From Paraspadella gotoi (Eukaryota > Animalia > Chaetognatha): a stretch of DNA of 64,000 nt. The stretch is taken from contig CM119269.1 in assembly GCA_051294375.1 (NCBI GenBank), positions 7,293,590-7,357,589 of the forward strand, given 5' to 3'. How positions within the stretch are numbered: position 1 is the first letter of the stretch; each line of letters opens with the position of its first letter. The notes below the pieces were generated by a model. The model had not been told where the DNA came from, searched no databases, and worked only from the letters and a program-made list of their open reading frames with translations. Positions 13,200 to 26,400 of this stretch are shown here, in pieces. The position numbers and the translations under genes are program-made.

Positions 13200-14210
13200 A
13201 ATCGCAAGTCCCAGGCTCCGTCCTTCACTCAACCCAGAAGAGTCGACGGAAGCGTTGGAGGATCTCAATCTTCCAAAATGACGGGCACGATTAATTATGC
13301 CTCTCCCGGCCTCCGCGTCGTCCTATGCGACCGGGCTGCAGGTAAAGGTCGCGTACGAAAAAATTATCTAAATAAAAAAAAAAAAAAAAACACACAAAAA
13401 AAAAAGTAATTTGACTTAATTTTAATATTCCATTCAAAAATATTTGTATAATAATAAAACAATCGCTGGTTTTAAAGAATAAATTATCTGACAGCAACCG
13501 ATTAAAAGCTTCTTAATGAGTCGCGGCGTAGGACGTGAATGAAAAACTTTAAACTGCTCTTCTCATTCCTCGAATTCATTTGAAAGCGTCGCCTTCCTTT
13601 CCGAAGAAGAACGTTGCGCGACGCCAAACAGGTGGCGACGGGCCGCATTTCATTCACCGCGAAGACCAATGACCTCGCAGCTTCAGCGCAGCTACGTCAG
13701 GGAGATGAGTCCAAATGCGCGCACGAAAATACGAGAGCAGCTGAAGGCGCTCAAGTCAGAAAAGCGCAGCAAAGGCATTTGTATTGTCGAGAACGCTGGG
13801 TTTCAGGTAAAGGGGACAATCAGAAGAGTGCCTCTTGTGTGGTTGTTATTGATTATTGTTCAGATCTGTATCATTTGTGCAACGAAAAAAAAGCAATGTC
13901 TAATGTCTATGTTAGGTAAGATTTATACGAAATATTCCACGACGACAGACCAAATTTGTCGAAAATCCACGCAGTTTTAGCGAATGTCCCCGACAACGCA
14001 TTTTTCTGCATAAATCAGTCCCGACCGGATTGAGGTAATAAGGTTATGGTTCCTTCATTTTGGGTCGATTTTGCCGTATTTTAATTCTCGCTTCCCCGCA
14101 GGAGGGCGGGGCCGACGGAAGCGGTTCAGCCGAACCTCGTCGCCGGCGGCAGCGCTCGCCCACAACTACCGTCGGCAGCGAACGGAATACACCCCGCACC
14201 ATGATGAGTT
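13200..14210 (+). CDS. Second candidate spliced gene fragment; unknown product
   Basis: Exon-like blocks end in CAG|GTAAAG (~13341 and ~13806). The block ~13587-13806 is open (VAFLSEEERCATPNRWRR...SYVREMSPNARTKIREQLKALKSEKRSKGICIVENAGFQ). Further AG/GT-bounded blocks at ~13864-13915, 13981-14034 and from 14102. Confidence 0.3.
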
Positions 14211-14535
14211 AGCGACACATTTGCCACCAGGCCCTGAGTGGCTTTGCCCGCTTGCAAGGCGCGTTCAATGCAGAGCCCACAAGTCAGGCCGGTTATGGAG
14301 TAGGGAAGGGGGCAAAGCTGTGAGGAAAAGAAACAAGAAGAAACTAACAAAGAAAAGAGAAGAAAAAAAGAAAGAAGAAAAAAAATAAATGACAAGGGAG
14401 AAATAAAGAAGTACAAGAAGGAAAGAATGTTTCTTGATATTCTGAGAGTCCGCGCATTCTGATTGGCTTGAAAAAATGAAAGAAGAAGAAAGAAAGAAAG
14501 AAACAGAAAGCAAGAGGAAAGAAAGAAAAGAAAGA

Positions 14536-14615
14536 AAGGCAAAGGCAAGGCAGGCAAGGCAAGCTAAGGAAGCAAGGCAAGGCAAGGCAAAGGCAAGCAA
14601 GGTCAAAGGCTAGGC
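14536..14615. repeat. (AAGGC)n pentanucleotide repeat
   Basis: aaggcaaggcaggcaaggcaagc... Confidence 0.85.
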
Positions 14616-15556
14616 ATTGCAAGAAACTATTTAATTTAATTTGATTTGATGTGAGTATCTTAAAATTTTCCCTGGTCTCAAAAGATCTTCATGCAGCCTT
14701 GAGACGCCGTCGTGGAAGAAGTATCCGTCAGTGAAAACGCTGCCCCATTTGGGGAGAGAATCTCCAAAGAGTTTTCTTACTCGGTCTCACTCTTTCATGG
14801 AAGCGGCCTCCACGAAAGGGGGAACTCGTCGCCAAAAAGTCACTTCGGTGAAAAGAAGAGAGAGAGAGAAGAGAGAGAGAGAAGAGAGAGGAGAGAGAGA
14901 GACGAGAGAGAAGAGAGTAATTGGAATGAGTTAAAAAANNNNNNNNNNNNNNNNNNNNNNNNNATTCCCTTTTTAAATTTAAGTTTTCACAAAAGAGACA
15001 AACACAATTCACATCCGTTCGATCCGAATTTTCAAATTGATTCGTTTTGAATCCTGAGTTAACGAACTTTATTGATTAATTCATACTTGAATACCTTTGA
15101 AATTAAGTTTCCACACAAACTTTCTATTTGCTAAAAATTTATGTAGTTAACTCGGTGGAAAGAGAAAAAAAAACCAGTACAGAAGTCGACAACATAAAAG
15201 NNNNNNNNNNNNNNNNNNNNNNNNNNNNNNNNNNNNNNNNNNNNNNNNNNNNNNNNNNNNNNNNNNNNNNNNNNNNNNNNNNNNNNNNNNNNNNNNNNNN
15301 NNNNNNNNNNNNNNNNNNNNNNNNNNNNNNNNNNNNNNNNNNNNNNNNNNNNNNNNNNNNNNNNNNNNNNNNNNNNNNNNNNNNNNNNNNNNNNNNNNNN
15401 NNNNNNNNNNNNNNNNNNNNNNNNNNNNNNNNNNNNNNNNNNNNNNNNNNNNNNNNNNNNNNNNNNNNNNNCGCCGTAAAAATGGCCCCGAGCGGCCGAG
15501 TGGACTCATTCTGGCCCTCGCCGCCCACTTTTTATCTCTCTCTTTCTCTCTCTCTC

Positions 15557-15662
15557 CACATAACAAAAAACCAGAATCGTGGAGAGAAAACGAGCGAAAA
15601 CGAAAACAGATATCGCCGTCGGAGGAGAGAGAGAGAGAGAGAGAGAGAGGAGAGGAGAGAGA

Positions 15663-15715
<53 letters not shown>

Positions 15716-18700
15716 CAAACAGATTCGCCCTCGGAAAGAGAGAAACAAGAGAGAGACCAGACGAGAGACGAGAAAAAGAGAGAATAAAAAAGTGGCGGCG
15801 ACCAAGGCGCCAGAATGAGTCTCCACCTGCCGTCATCGCGAGGCCATTTTTACGGCGGTCCGTGCCTCGACCTCATTTGCATACTCGGAGTTTGCTTGAT
15901 TCGGCGTTTCCCCCGACGTTGCGGGTTTCGCTCGTCGGAGAAATCCAGAAATCGCCCGACGGAATGATCCGGTGGCCGGTGGGGGGGGCGCACAGACGCA
16001 TCAGTTCACATCCGACCACTGGAAAAATTCCTACCACCTCCGTTACCCTCCTACCTAATGCCTTGGATCTAGCCGCCATCAGCACCCACTCCACCTGTTT
16101 CAAATTACTTTGATTAAATAAAATTGTCGTAATGGCCGAGAGTTAGGATTCTTAATTTGAAGTCTACTTGACTTTTTAATTCTTATTTTAAAGAAAAAAT
16201 GTCAAAATTTTTTCTCTGATCACAATCCTTTTCATCCTGGTACAATATTTTAAGCCAATGAAAAAATGTTTTTATATAAAAATGCCTTTGTATAAAAAGT
16301 TATCAGTTATTATCTATTACTACTGCAGCGATATGTAAATAGGATAATTAATTAGTACTTTGAGATGGGCTCGTTTTCAATTTTGTTAAAAATCTATAAT
16401 AAAAATGGGAAATCCAAAACTAACTTTTTAATGAGAAGCTATAATCTTAATTATAATACAAATAAAACTGAAAATCTCTTTTACAAGCTGCGAATTGGAA
16501 AAATTGGACAAAATTTCCAATTGTAACAATTGTAACATATTTTGTTGCCTTCTTTTAATTCTTTTAAATTATATATAATATATATGTTGTTTCTTATTCT
16601 GCAAACGAGTTCTGCTCTGTAGTGACGTGTACAGCGGGCCTCCCAGCACTGTCCTAGCTTTGTCTCTCCTGGTTTCTCTCTCCATCTGGTCTTTCTGTCT
16701 CTCTCTCTCTGTACGATCGTTGTTTTTGAAAAATTCATTATTATTCTTTCCTTCTAAAATACTTTTAATTATCGCCATTTTTTTTCTCAATACAAAACCC
16801 AACTTTACATCCGAGATTTTTGGAAATTCATTTGTAGAAAAGGGAAAAATAACTTATAATTGCAAGGATAATGTCACATGTACATCAACTTGTGTGAACA
16901 GGTAGAGCGATACCTGCTATAGTAATCACGGCATGCGCGGATTAATATAAATAATATATAATCATAAAAAATATAACAATCTAAACTTCATTCAAGATTA
17001 CAATTTAAGATGAGGAAATAAAATTTTATTTTAAAATAAGTAAAAAAAATATTTGGGCAAAGTCAAAAATATCATAGTCGTTTAACTGATTATTGTCAAC
17101 TATATATTTTTGTTAATAGAGATTATACATTTTTTGATCGTTATTATTGAAAATAGTTTAGCTTTATACCGAACGAGTTTTCTTTTCATACAATCAATAT
17201 CAATTCTCATTACCATTTTCAATAATATGCAAAAAAAATTACGGTTCTTCAAACTCATTTTGAACTAGATGAAGCAAAAGACTTCAGTCCTTATTTCAAT
17301 TGCAAAAAAAATAGAAAGTTAATTGATGCTTAATCACACTCTAATCAAAAAATTTTTATTTTTATCAGCGCCAACTTTTTTTCTCTAAGACGACAAATCC
17401 CAAATTTAATTTCCGACGATTTTCGTGAATTTTTTTTTTCCTTCTATAAAAACTTTTATTATTCATTTTTTATTCTCTCTATATTTCTCTCTCAATCAAC
17501 TCCTCTCTCTCGTCTCTCGTCTCTCCTCTTCTTTCTTTTCTCCTCTCTCTCTAACATTAACTCATCACGTCAATGAATGACAGCATCGCATCAAAATGAA
17601 TGACTATCCATCGCATCAATGATGACTATCAATCGTATCAATCGAATGAGTTATCAGTCCGATTCAATGAAGCGAACTATCATCGCATCCATCATTTGTT
17701 ACATCGCATCAAAATCCTTCGGTTATCATCGCATCAATATTTGTTATCATGCGCATCAATATTCGTGTTAATCATCAAAAGTAGGCTTCGAATCCCTATT
17801 GAATTTTAACGATTTTCTTTTTCAAGGCGCTGCAGCTTTTCTGAATGCGTTAAGAAACGAGTTTAGGCTCTCTCTCTCTCTCACGTCTCTTCTGTCTCTC
17901 TCTTTGTGTGTCTGTCTCTCTTGTAACGTATCGTTCGTTTTTTGAAGAATTATGATTATTTTTTCCTCGTTTCCGATCAGATTTTTTGGCACTATTCGCG
18001 GCTAATGTCCCCGTTACCGGTCTTTTCATTGTTATTGGCTCATTATTGCCCCAAACGGCAAACAGGTTATCAATCAACATTTCATCATGTGGTATCATCC
18101 ATACCAATTGTTTTTCGTATTTTCAAGCCTACTTAAATTAACCACGAAGTGTTAATTAATATCGTCAAGATTATTTTGGAAATTCAGTAGTTCTACGATA
18201 ATAATCGGGCAATTTTAAAGATAAATACTCATGCCCAAGACATATATTGTACGCGAATACTTTTATCTGGGGGGAGTGCAGCAAGTATCCCTAGCACGCA
18301 ATTAATTATTTATTAATCCTCTTAATTTTTTCGATGGATTCTGAATAGAAGCATAAAAGTGAAACAAGGCAAACGACCGACGATAAATGGCGAAGACAAG
18401 GACCATTACACCTATAAAACAATTAATGATTCGACTATATAGATAAGATTAATTGATAAATAAATGTATTGATGAATATATTAATTAATAGATAAATGTA
18501 ATTGATTGACTTGATTGAATTGATTGATTAATTGACTGATTATTTAATTATTGCTTAATAATTTAACTAATTGATTAATTAACATGATTCATTATTAATT
18601 AATACATCTTGGCATTTACCATTATAATATAAAAGGAACAAGTTTGAAGCAAACCAGTGTCGGATCTGCCTACAATAATTTAGCGGCTTAAAGCAGCTAA

Positions 18701-19033
18701 CCAGAATAGATCATAAGTCATCGTAACGTCTTTTAAAATTGTGATCATCACATATGTACACAAGATAATAACATAGAATCTGGCAGATAGAAGGACAGGA
18801 AAGTTGCCCAACAAGACAGGTTGTTCATTTCCTTTATCCCTCTACCTTCTCTCTTCTCTCCGACCTCTCTCTCTCTCTTTTTCTTCATGTCTCGCTTTCT
18901 CTCTGTCTCTCTTTTGCTCTCTCATCTCGACGCCATCATTACTACTGTGTCCATCGCAATTTAGGTCCATGTTTTCCGGGTCTCACCACTCTTCTGTGTG
19001 GCAACATTCTCCTTCTCTGCCGCCTCTCTCGCT

Positions 19034-19072
<39 letters not shown>

Positions 19073-19777
19073 CTCTCTCGTCCTTCCTCTCAATGTTATG
19101 CAAGGCTTCGTACTGGCACGAGCCCGAAACATGTCCGTTAATGAAAACTTTGTTGTTAAAAGATTTCGTCTTTATCTTATACTCTTCTGACTAATAACAA
19201 AAAATTTTCGTAGTTCATTTTCATTTTAATAAATTTCTTGTGATTTGCAGGAGTTCTGGCAGACGCTTTATGATCTCGCTTCAACAACTTCAAAACGGAG
19301 GATACCGGAGGAACCCATCATAAACAAGACCAAATATCAACTTAATAAACATAGTCAGATTTCCGCGTCCGGCGATAGAAACCGCGACATAACAACGAGG
19401 AACTGCGCGAAGTGGATTGGATTTTCCTTGCCAATCCGATAGTACTTTTCTCTTATATAATTCTACTGAAGATTCTCTTTGAGATGCCCGAGTCACGGGA
19501 AAAAATCATTTCCTCTGAAGTAAAACAGGAAATCGAGAAATGGAATTAATACTGAGGACTCTCAAACCTAATCCTAGTTCGTTAAATATACATAAATATA
19601 ATCTGGTCTGATTAAACAGTCCTGAACGAGCCCACTCAAAGACAAGAGTCCAAATCGCTTAAGATTTAGAAAAACAAATTTTTTAAAGCAATCTTTTTTA
19701 TAATATTGCTTGGTTTTAAATTAATTTGATGTGAATCTAAACATTCATTAGCTTATTTGTAAAGAGAAATGGATATA
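15557..19777 (+). repeat. Direct duplication, copy 1 (partner 27023-31237)
   Basis: Appears identical to copy 2 from 15962/27422 to 19777/31237 (offset 11460; the ORF tracks are identical). Both copies end at ...gagaaatggatata followed by 25 N. Confidence 0.95.
17575..17775. repeat. Degenerate minisatellite built on CATCGCATCA (also at 29035-29235)
   Basis: Recurrent atcgcatca/atcgtatca units at irregular spacing of roughly 20-25 nt or multiples of it. Confidence 0.7.
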
Positions 19778-19802
19778 NNNNNNNNNNNNNNNNNNNNNNN
19801 NN

Positions 19803-20492
19803 TTTTTTTTTTTTGGACGCCGTGATTTTTAGGTGTGACGATTTTTCGGTGTGGAATGCTCGAAGAGTGTTCATTTTAGGTGTGGCCAATTTTCGGTTTT
19901 GCTATTTCAAGTCGTAGTAGTTTACTCGATTCATAGTATTGAGTTGAATCACCAGCTTTGCGACGTAATAATTTCACGGCGCGACCTCGAAATTATAATA
20001 TATATATATATATATATATAATATATAACTTTACTTTGCAAAACTTCGAAATTGACATATTTCCTTACTAAGAAATTCGCAACAACTGGCAAGTGGCCAA
20101 TGTTTTTCCTGATGCGGCGATCATTTCTTTTTTGTTTCCTGGTCCCAATTGTTTTCTGGTGTTTTGGTCGAAAATTTTTATGTTGTTTCTGTTTTGTCTC
20201 AAATTATCGCCAAAGTTTTCTGCCAGTTTGCAATTTATACTCGTTGTTTTTCTGACGAATTCGATTCGTTGTGTCTGTGTTTTATTTCGCTGTCGTTTGT
20301 TCCCATCAAAGTATTTGTTGTTCGAGTCGAAATTGTCGATGTTTTTAGCATCTTGGGAGAATTACAATAAAACAATAAACATTAAACAATGTAACTAACT
20401 GGACTTACAAACGTTGTTGCCTCTTTGACCTTTTTCCGCAAAATTGAGAAAAGAAAATCGTTTCAACTCTCTTCAATATCCTCAAATAATTG

Positions 20493-20543
<51 letters not shown>

Positions 20544-22434
20544 TTCCCACGTAGTAGTCGTCTTTCCCATTTATGTTTTCTTGAATAACTTTGTTCATTA
20601 AAGTCATCGTTCCTTTGGCAGTTGTCGTCGTCGTCGTCGTCATAATCGTCGTTCTTTTCCTCGTGATGAATTCCAATTGCAAAAAAAAAAAAATAATTAA
20701 TTAATTCAAAAGAAATTATCTGCCAACTCAAACAAAGTGAACAGCTGCGCCGGTACGCGTCCCTCGTATGAATCGGCTGCGGGAAAGCTTTACCGGGTGA
20801 CGCCGACGAAATGAATTCCTATTTTTAACCGAGGGGTCGATTACCCTGTATTCAGAAATCGGTTGGGGATATTAAAAGCGTTTTTACAGATCTTTCTAAA
20901 ACTTTGGAGAAGCGAACAGGAGCGATGTAAAACCTTTCATTCCAATAGTGAGTTTTTTTAAATTAATTTAAATCAATCTTAATAAGAACAAACGCTTTTC
21001 CGATTGCTGTAGCGCGCTTTTGTAAATTTGGCTCCGCCTGTAACGCCCCGTATCTAATCAAGCGTTTACAGCGTGAGTGAACTCCACTGATTCGTATCGG
21101 TGTCTCATGGTCTTCCTTTTCGTGATTGCAGAAGGTCACGTTGCAACATTTTTTTAAAAAAATCATGAGAATTTCTGAGTCTCTTCACGCGCTCATGTCA
21201 TCTCATCTCATCTCATCTCATGTTCCATCTCAAATGATCTCTTTTCATTTTATCCCAACTCAACTCAACTCAACTCTTCATTTCATATCGTCTCACATCT
21301 TCATCTCATCTCATCTCTTCATCTCATCTCATCTCTTCATCCCATCTCATCTCTTCATCTCATCACACCTCATCATCTCATACGCAAAGTCACTTCACGC
21401 CCTTAACGCTTTCATACCTGACGAACTTTACGAACTGTTGTCTATTTATTTTTTGTTTTTCGTTTGTTTTTTTTTTCTGTTTTTTTTTTTCCTGTTTTGT
21501 CTTCAACGATTTCCGATACTCGAAACCGAAATTCGCTCGACGGAAAAAAGATGCGGAGACCCCGACGAGTTTTCCGGCACAATGGATTTTTTTTATTGGC
21601 CCGCTCAGTGTAACGTTTCTCTTTCTTTCCTTTTTTTTTTGGTTGGCCCGTTTATTTGGTTTTCTTTCTATTTAGTGAATTTTGCTATGGTTATGGAGAC
21701 CGGGTCGCCGAGACTGTATAGTGTTTTTTTTTTCAGCGTTCGGATTCTTTTCGGACGACACAGTTTCTGTTCGACGCTTATATTCCTTCCCTTTTTTTTC
21801 AGTTTCGGACGTCGGTTTCTGTCTAAGGATCTAGTTAATCTTTTCATGGTTACTCCCTAAGCCAACTCATTGACTTCGCCTCGCTCCTCACTCCTGCCCC
21901 CCCCCACTCCTTCCCGCCGTCTCCTTGACGACGGAACGCGTTCGTTTTAAATGACGTAATTGTTAATCTTGTTAAATCGTTTATTGTTATTCTTTCTGCA
22001 AATTATTATTCTTCCCGGAAATTCTTTTTTTTTTCTAATCATTTTTCTTCCTTTGCCGGTAAAATTCTTTCTTTCTTTTTCTCTCCTCAGCTCGGTAACA
22101 TCCAATTTATTATTTTTTTTTAATTCGTTAATAAATTCTGATTAAGACAATTTTATACTCATGTCTTCGCTCGTTTTCTCTTCACACATCATTTTTAATT
22201 AATGTACCTGCGAAGTAAAAATTGGAGCGAAGTCGCGGTTGCTTACGACGTCGGGTTTTAAAGGTCGTGAAGTGAAAAGAAATGAGAAGTTGAATGTTGA
22301 TTGATTTATTTGATTGATTAATTGATTGATTGATTGATTGATTNNNNNNNNNNNNNNNNNNNNNNNNNNNNNNNNNNNNNNNNNNNNNNNNNNNNNNNNN
22401 NNNNNNNNNNNNNNNNNNNNNNNNNNNNNNNTAT

Positions 22435-22465
<31 letters not shown>

Positions 22466-23202
22466 TTGTTACTTAGAGAAATACTTACTGAAAATATACA
22501 TGAGTTTTTCGTTTTCGTTCCTCGTTTATTAAACTCTTCGTTAACCAATCTAAGTCTCAGGGTGCAGGTGTGTGCCACCTCTTTCCAGTTTAGACCCGGT
22601 GTGCCATCCTTCGCCAAAAGCGCCTGAGGAAGAATTCAGAAGAATAAATCTTTTCGATTGAATAAACGGGCAAAAATACTTTTCTTGCCAGCGGTGCTCT
22701 CTGCTCAACATTAGATGCTCCCTCCCTCTNNNNNNNNNNNNNNNNNNNNNNNNNNNNNNNNNNNNNNNNNNNNNNNNNNNNNNNNNNNNNNNNNNNNNNN
22801 NNNNNNNNNNNNNNNNNNNNNNNNNNNNNNNNNNNNNNNNNNNNNNNNNNNNNNNNNNNNNNNNNNNNNNNNNNNNNNNNNNNNNNNNNNNNNNNNNNNN
22901 NNNNNNNNNNNNNNNNNNNNNNNNNNNNNNNNNNNNNNNNNNNNNNNNNNNNNNNNNNNNNNNNNNNNNNNNNNNNNNGAGAGAGAGAGAGAGACGATTG
23001 AGTCTTCATTTTATTAACAAGGGCGGTCGGGGGATCTTCCCATCGCGTGACTCCGAAAGTCTTTGTCAAAAACGAAGAGGAAAATGTTTTGCGTCGTCGT
23101 CGTCGATCGGAAAGACTTCGATCCAAAAAAAACCCTGGGAGATGGAGATGGGGATTGGGGATTAAGGGATTTGGGGATAGGGATTGGGGGATGGGGATTA
23201 GG
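19803..23202. repeat. Large inverted repeat 1, left arm (partner ~23428-27022)
   Basis: Examples: 19856 atgctcgaagagtgttcattttagg vs ~26933 cctaaaatgaacactcttcgagcat; (TCATC)n at 21196 vs (GATGA)n at ~25360; 23119 cgatccaaaaaaaaccctgggag vs 23493 ctcccagggttttttttggatcg. Confidence 0.95.
21196..21380. repeat. (TCATC)n-based satellite (mirror copy at ~25358-25555)
   Basis: tctcatctcatctcatc and tctcttcatctcatc units. Confidence 0.85.
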
Positions 23203-23498
23203 TCTTTCAATCCGAATCCCATCCCCAATGCCCAATCCGCCCAAATCCGCCTAATACCGCCCATCTTCCAATCCCTCATCATTCAATTCCATAATCCACA
23301 TTCCGCAATCCTGAAATACCTAATCCCATCCCCCAATCCCCTATCCTCATCCCCCATTCTTAACCCCATCCCCAATCCGAAATCCTCATCCCCAAATAAA
23401 CTAACACAATCCCTAAATCCAGCATGGTAATCCAATCCCCATCCCCAATCCCTATGCCCCAAATCCCTACAGTCCCCAATCCCCATCTCCATCTCCCA
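23137..23498. repeat. Head-to-head degenerate (GGGGATT)n / (AATCCCC)n array at the palindrome centre; telomere-like, G-quadruplex-prone
   Basis: ggggattggggattaagggatttggggatagggattggggg switches at ~23203 to aatcccatccccaat...aatcccc. Confidence 0.75.
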
Positions 23499-26400
23499 GG
23501 GTTTTTTTTGGATCGAAGTCTTTCGATCGACGACGACGACGCAAAACATTTTTCACCTCTGTGCGTTTTTGACAAAGACTTTCGGCAGTCAGCGACTGGG
23601 AAAAGAATCCCCGGACCGCCCCTTGTTAATAAAATTGAAGAACTCAATCCGTTCTTCTCTCCTCTCCTCAATTCACCTATCTCTCCCTCATCTTCTCTCC
23701 CTCCCTCTCTCTCTCCTTTTCATCTCGTCTATTTGCTCTATCCCTTTTTCTTCAACTTTTTTCCTTTTCAATCATAACTTCCACTTGACTGTATTAAAAG
23801 ATGGCGAATAGAACGAGAAAAAGTCAAACTGGACACGAGAGCATAGACTGGGTAAGAGAGAGGAGAGAGAGAGAGAGAGGAGAGAGGAGAGAGAAGAAGA
23901 GAGAGAGAGCAGCAGAGAGAGAGAGGAGTAAGAGACGGGAGGGAGCATCTAAATTGTTGAGCAGAGAAGCACCGCTGGCATGAAGTATTCTTTGCCCGTT
24001 TAATTCAAGGTCGAAAAAGATTATTCTTTCCTGAATTCTTCCTTCAGGGCGCTGTTTGTGCGAAACGGATGGCACACCGGGTCTTAAACAGGAAAGAGGT
24101 GGACACAATCCTGCACCTGAGACTTAGAATGTTAACGAAGAGTTACATAAACGAGGAACGAAAACGACGAAAAACTCCATGTATATTTTCAGCTAAGTAT
24201 TTCTGCTATGTAACAATCATCAATCCAATAAAATCAATCAATCAATAAATAGAATAACAATAAATAAATAAAAATAAATAAATAGCAAATGAAATAATAA
24301 ATAATAAATAAATAAATAAATAATAAATAAATAAATAATAATAAATAAATAAATTAAATAAATCAATCATCAACTCAATTTAATCAATCAAATAAATCCA
24401 ATCAACAATCAACCACTTCTTTTCAACTTCAACGACCTTTAAAACCCGACGTCGTAAGCAACCGCGACTTCGCTTCCAATTTTTACTTCGGCAGGTACAA
24501 TTAATTAAAGAATGATGTGTGAGAGAAAACAGAGCGAGACATGAGTAAAAATTGTCTTATACAGAATTAATTTCAACGATATTAACAAAGAAAATAATAA
24601 ATTTGATGTTCACCCCAGGGCCCAGAGCTGAGGAGAGAAAAAGAAAAAAGAATTTTACCGGCAAAGGAAGAAAATGATTAGAAAAAAAGAATTTCCGGAG
24701 AAGAATAATAATTTGCAGAAAGAATAACAATAAACGATTTAACAAGAATTAACCATTACGGCGTCATTTAAAACGAACGCGGTTCCTCCGTCAAGGAGAA
24801 CGGCGCGAAGGGTGGGGGGGGGCAAGGAGTGAGGAGCGAGGCGAAGTCAATGAGTTTGGCTTAGGGGAGAACCGTGGAAAAGAATTAACTAGATCCCTTG
24901 ACAGAAACCGACGTCCGAAAACTGAAAAAAAAGGGAAAGGAAGTATAGCGTCGAACAGAAAACCCTGTGTCGTCCGAAAAGAATCCGAACGCTGAAAAAA
25001 AAAACACTATACAGTCTCGGCGATCCGGTCTCCATACCATAGGCAAAATTCACTAAAGTAGAAAGAAAACCAAATAAACGGGCCACCAAAACAAAAAGGA
25101 AAGAAGAGAAACGTTACACTCACTGAGCGGGCAATAAAAAAATGCCCATTGGTGCCGGAAAACTCGTGCGGGGTCTCCAGCATCTTTTTTCGTCGAGCGA
25201 TTTTCGGTTTCGAGTATCGGAAATCGCTCTGAAAGACAAAACAGGAAAAAAAAAAACGAAAAAAAAAAAACAAACGAAAAAACAAAAAATAATAGACAAC
25301 AGTTCGTAAAGTTCGTCAGGTATGAAAGCGTTAAGGGCCGTGAAGTGACTTTTGCGTATGAGATGATGAGGGTGATGAGATGAAGAGATGGAATGGGATG
25401 AAGAGATGAGATGAGATGAAGAGCATTGAGATGAGATTGAAGATGGTGAGACCGATATGAAATGAAAGCGAGTTGAAGTTGAGTTGAGTTGGGATAAAAA
25501 TGAAAAAGAGATCATTTGAGAATGGACATAGAAGATGAGAATCGAGATGAGACTGACAATAGCGCGTGGAAGAGACTCAGAAATTCTCATGTTTTTTAAA
25601 AAAATGTTGCAACGTGACTTCTGGAAATCACGAAAAGGAAGACCATGAGAACACCGAGATTACAAATCAGTGGAGGTTCAACTCAGCTGTAAACGCTTGA
25701 CTAGATACGGGGCGTTACAGGCGGAGCCAAATTTACAAAAAGGAGCGCTACAGCAATCGGAAAAGCGTTTGTCTTAATTAAGATTGATTTAAATTAATTA
25801 AACCAACTCACGTATTGGATGAAAGGTTTTTACCATCGCTCTGTTCGCTTCTCCGAAAGTTTTATAGAAAGATCTGTAAAAACCGCTTTAAGTATCCCCC
25901 CCAAACTCGATTTCTGAATACAGGGTAAATCGACCCCGGTCGTTAAAAAAATAGGAAATTCAATTTCGTCGGCGTCACCCGGTAAGCTTTCCCGCACCGA
26001 ATCCATTACGAAGGGACGCGCGTACCGGCGCAGCTGTTCACTTTGTTTGAGTGTGGCAGATTAATTTCTTTGAATTAATTAAATTATTTTTTTTTTTTGA
26101 GGCAATTGTGAATTCATAAACACGAGGAAGAACGACGATTTGACGACGACGACGACGACCACTGCCAAAGGAACGATGACTTTAATGAACAAAGTTATCA
26201 ACGAAACATAATGGGAAAAGAACGACTACTACGTGGGAAGAACGACGACGACCGACGACGACGACGACGACGACTACGACCGAAGAAAGAGACGACGAGC
26301 AATTATTTGAGGATATTGAAGAGAGTTGAAACCGACTTTTCTTTCTCAATTTTGGCGGAAAAAAGGTCAAAGAGGCACAACTTTGTAAGTCCAGTTAGTT

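Noticed and set aside
17575-17775. Repeat-spacer appearance suggestive of CRISPR (also 62880-63125)
   Set aside because: Units are short and degenerate, spacers are related to each other, there are no cas genes, and the context is eukaryotic.
19251-19442. Isolated exon-like block after TTTGCAG (also at 30711)
   Set aside because: No recognisable product and no linked exons; insufficient support.
23195-23435. Missed SMRTbell adapter as the cause of palindrome 1
   Set aside because: No adapter sequence is visible at the turn point. This does not exclude other chimera mechanisms.
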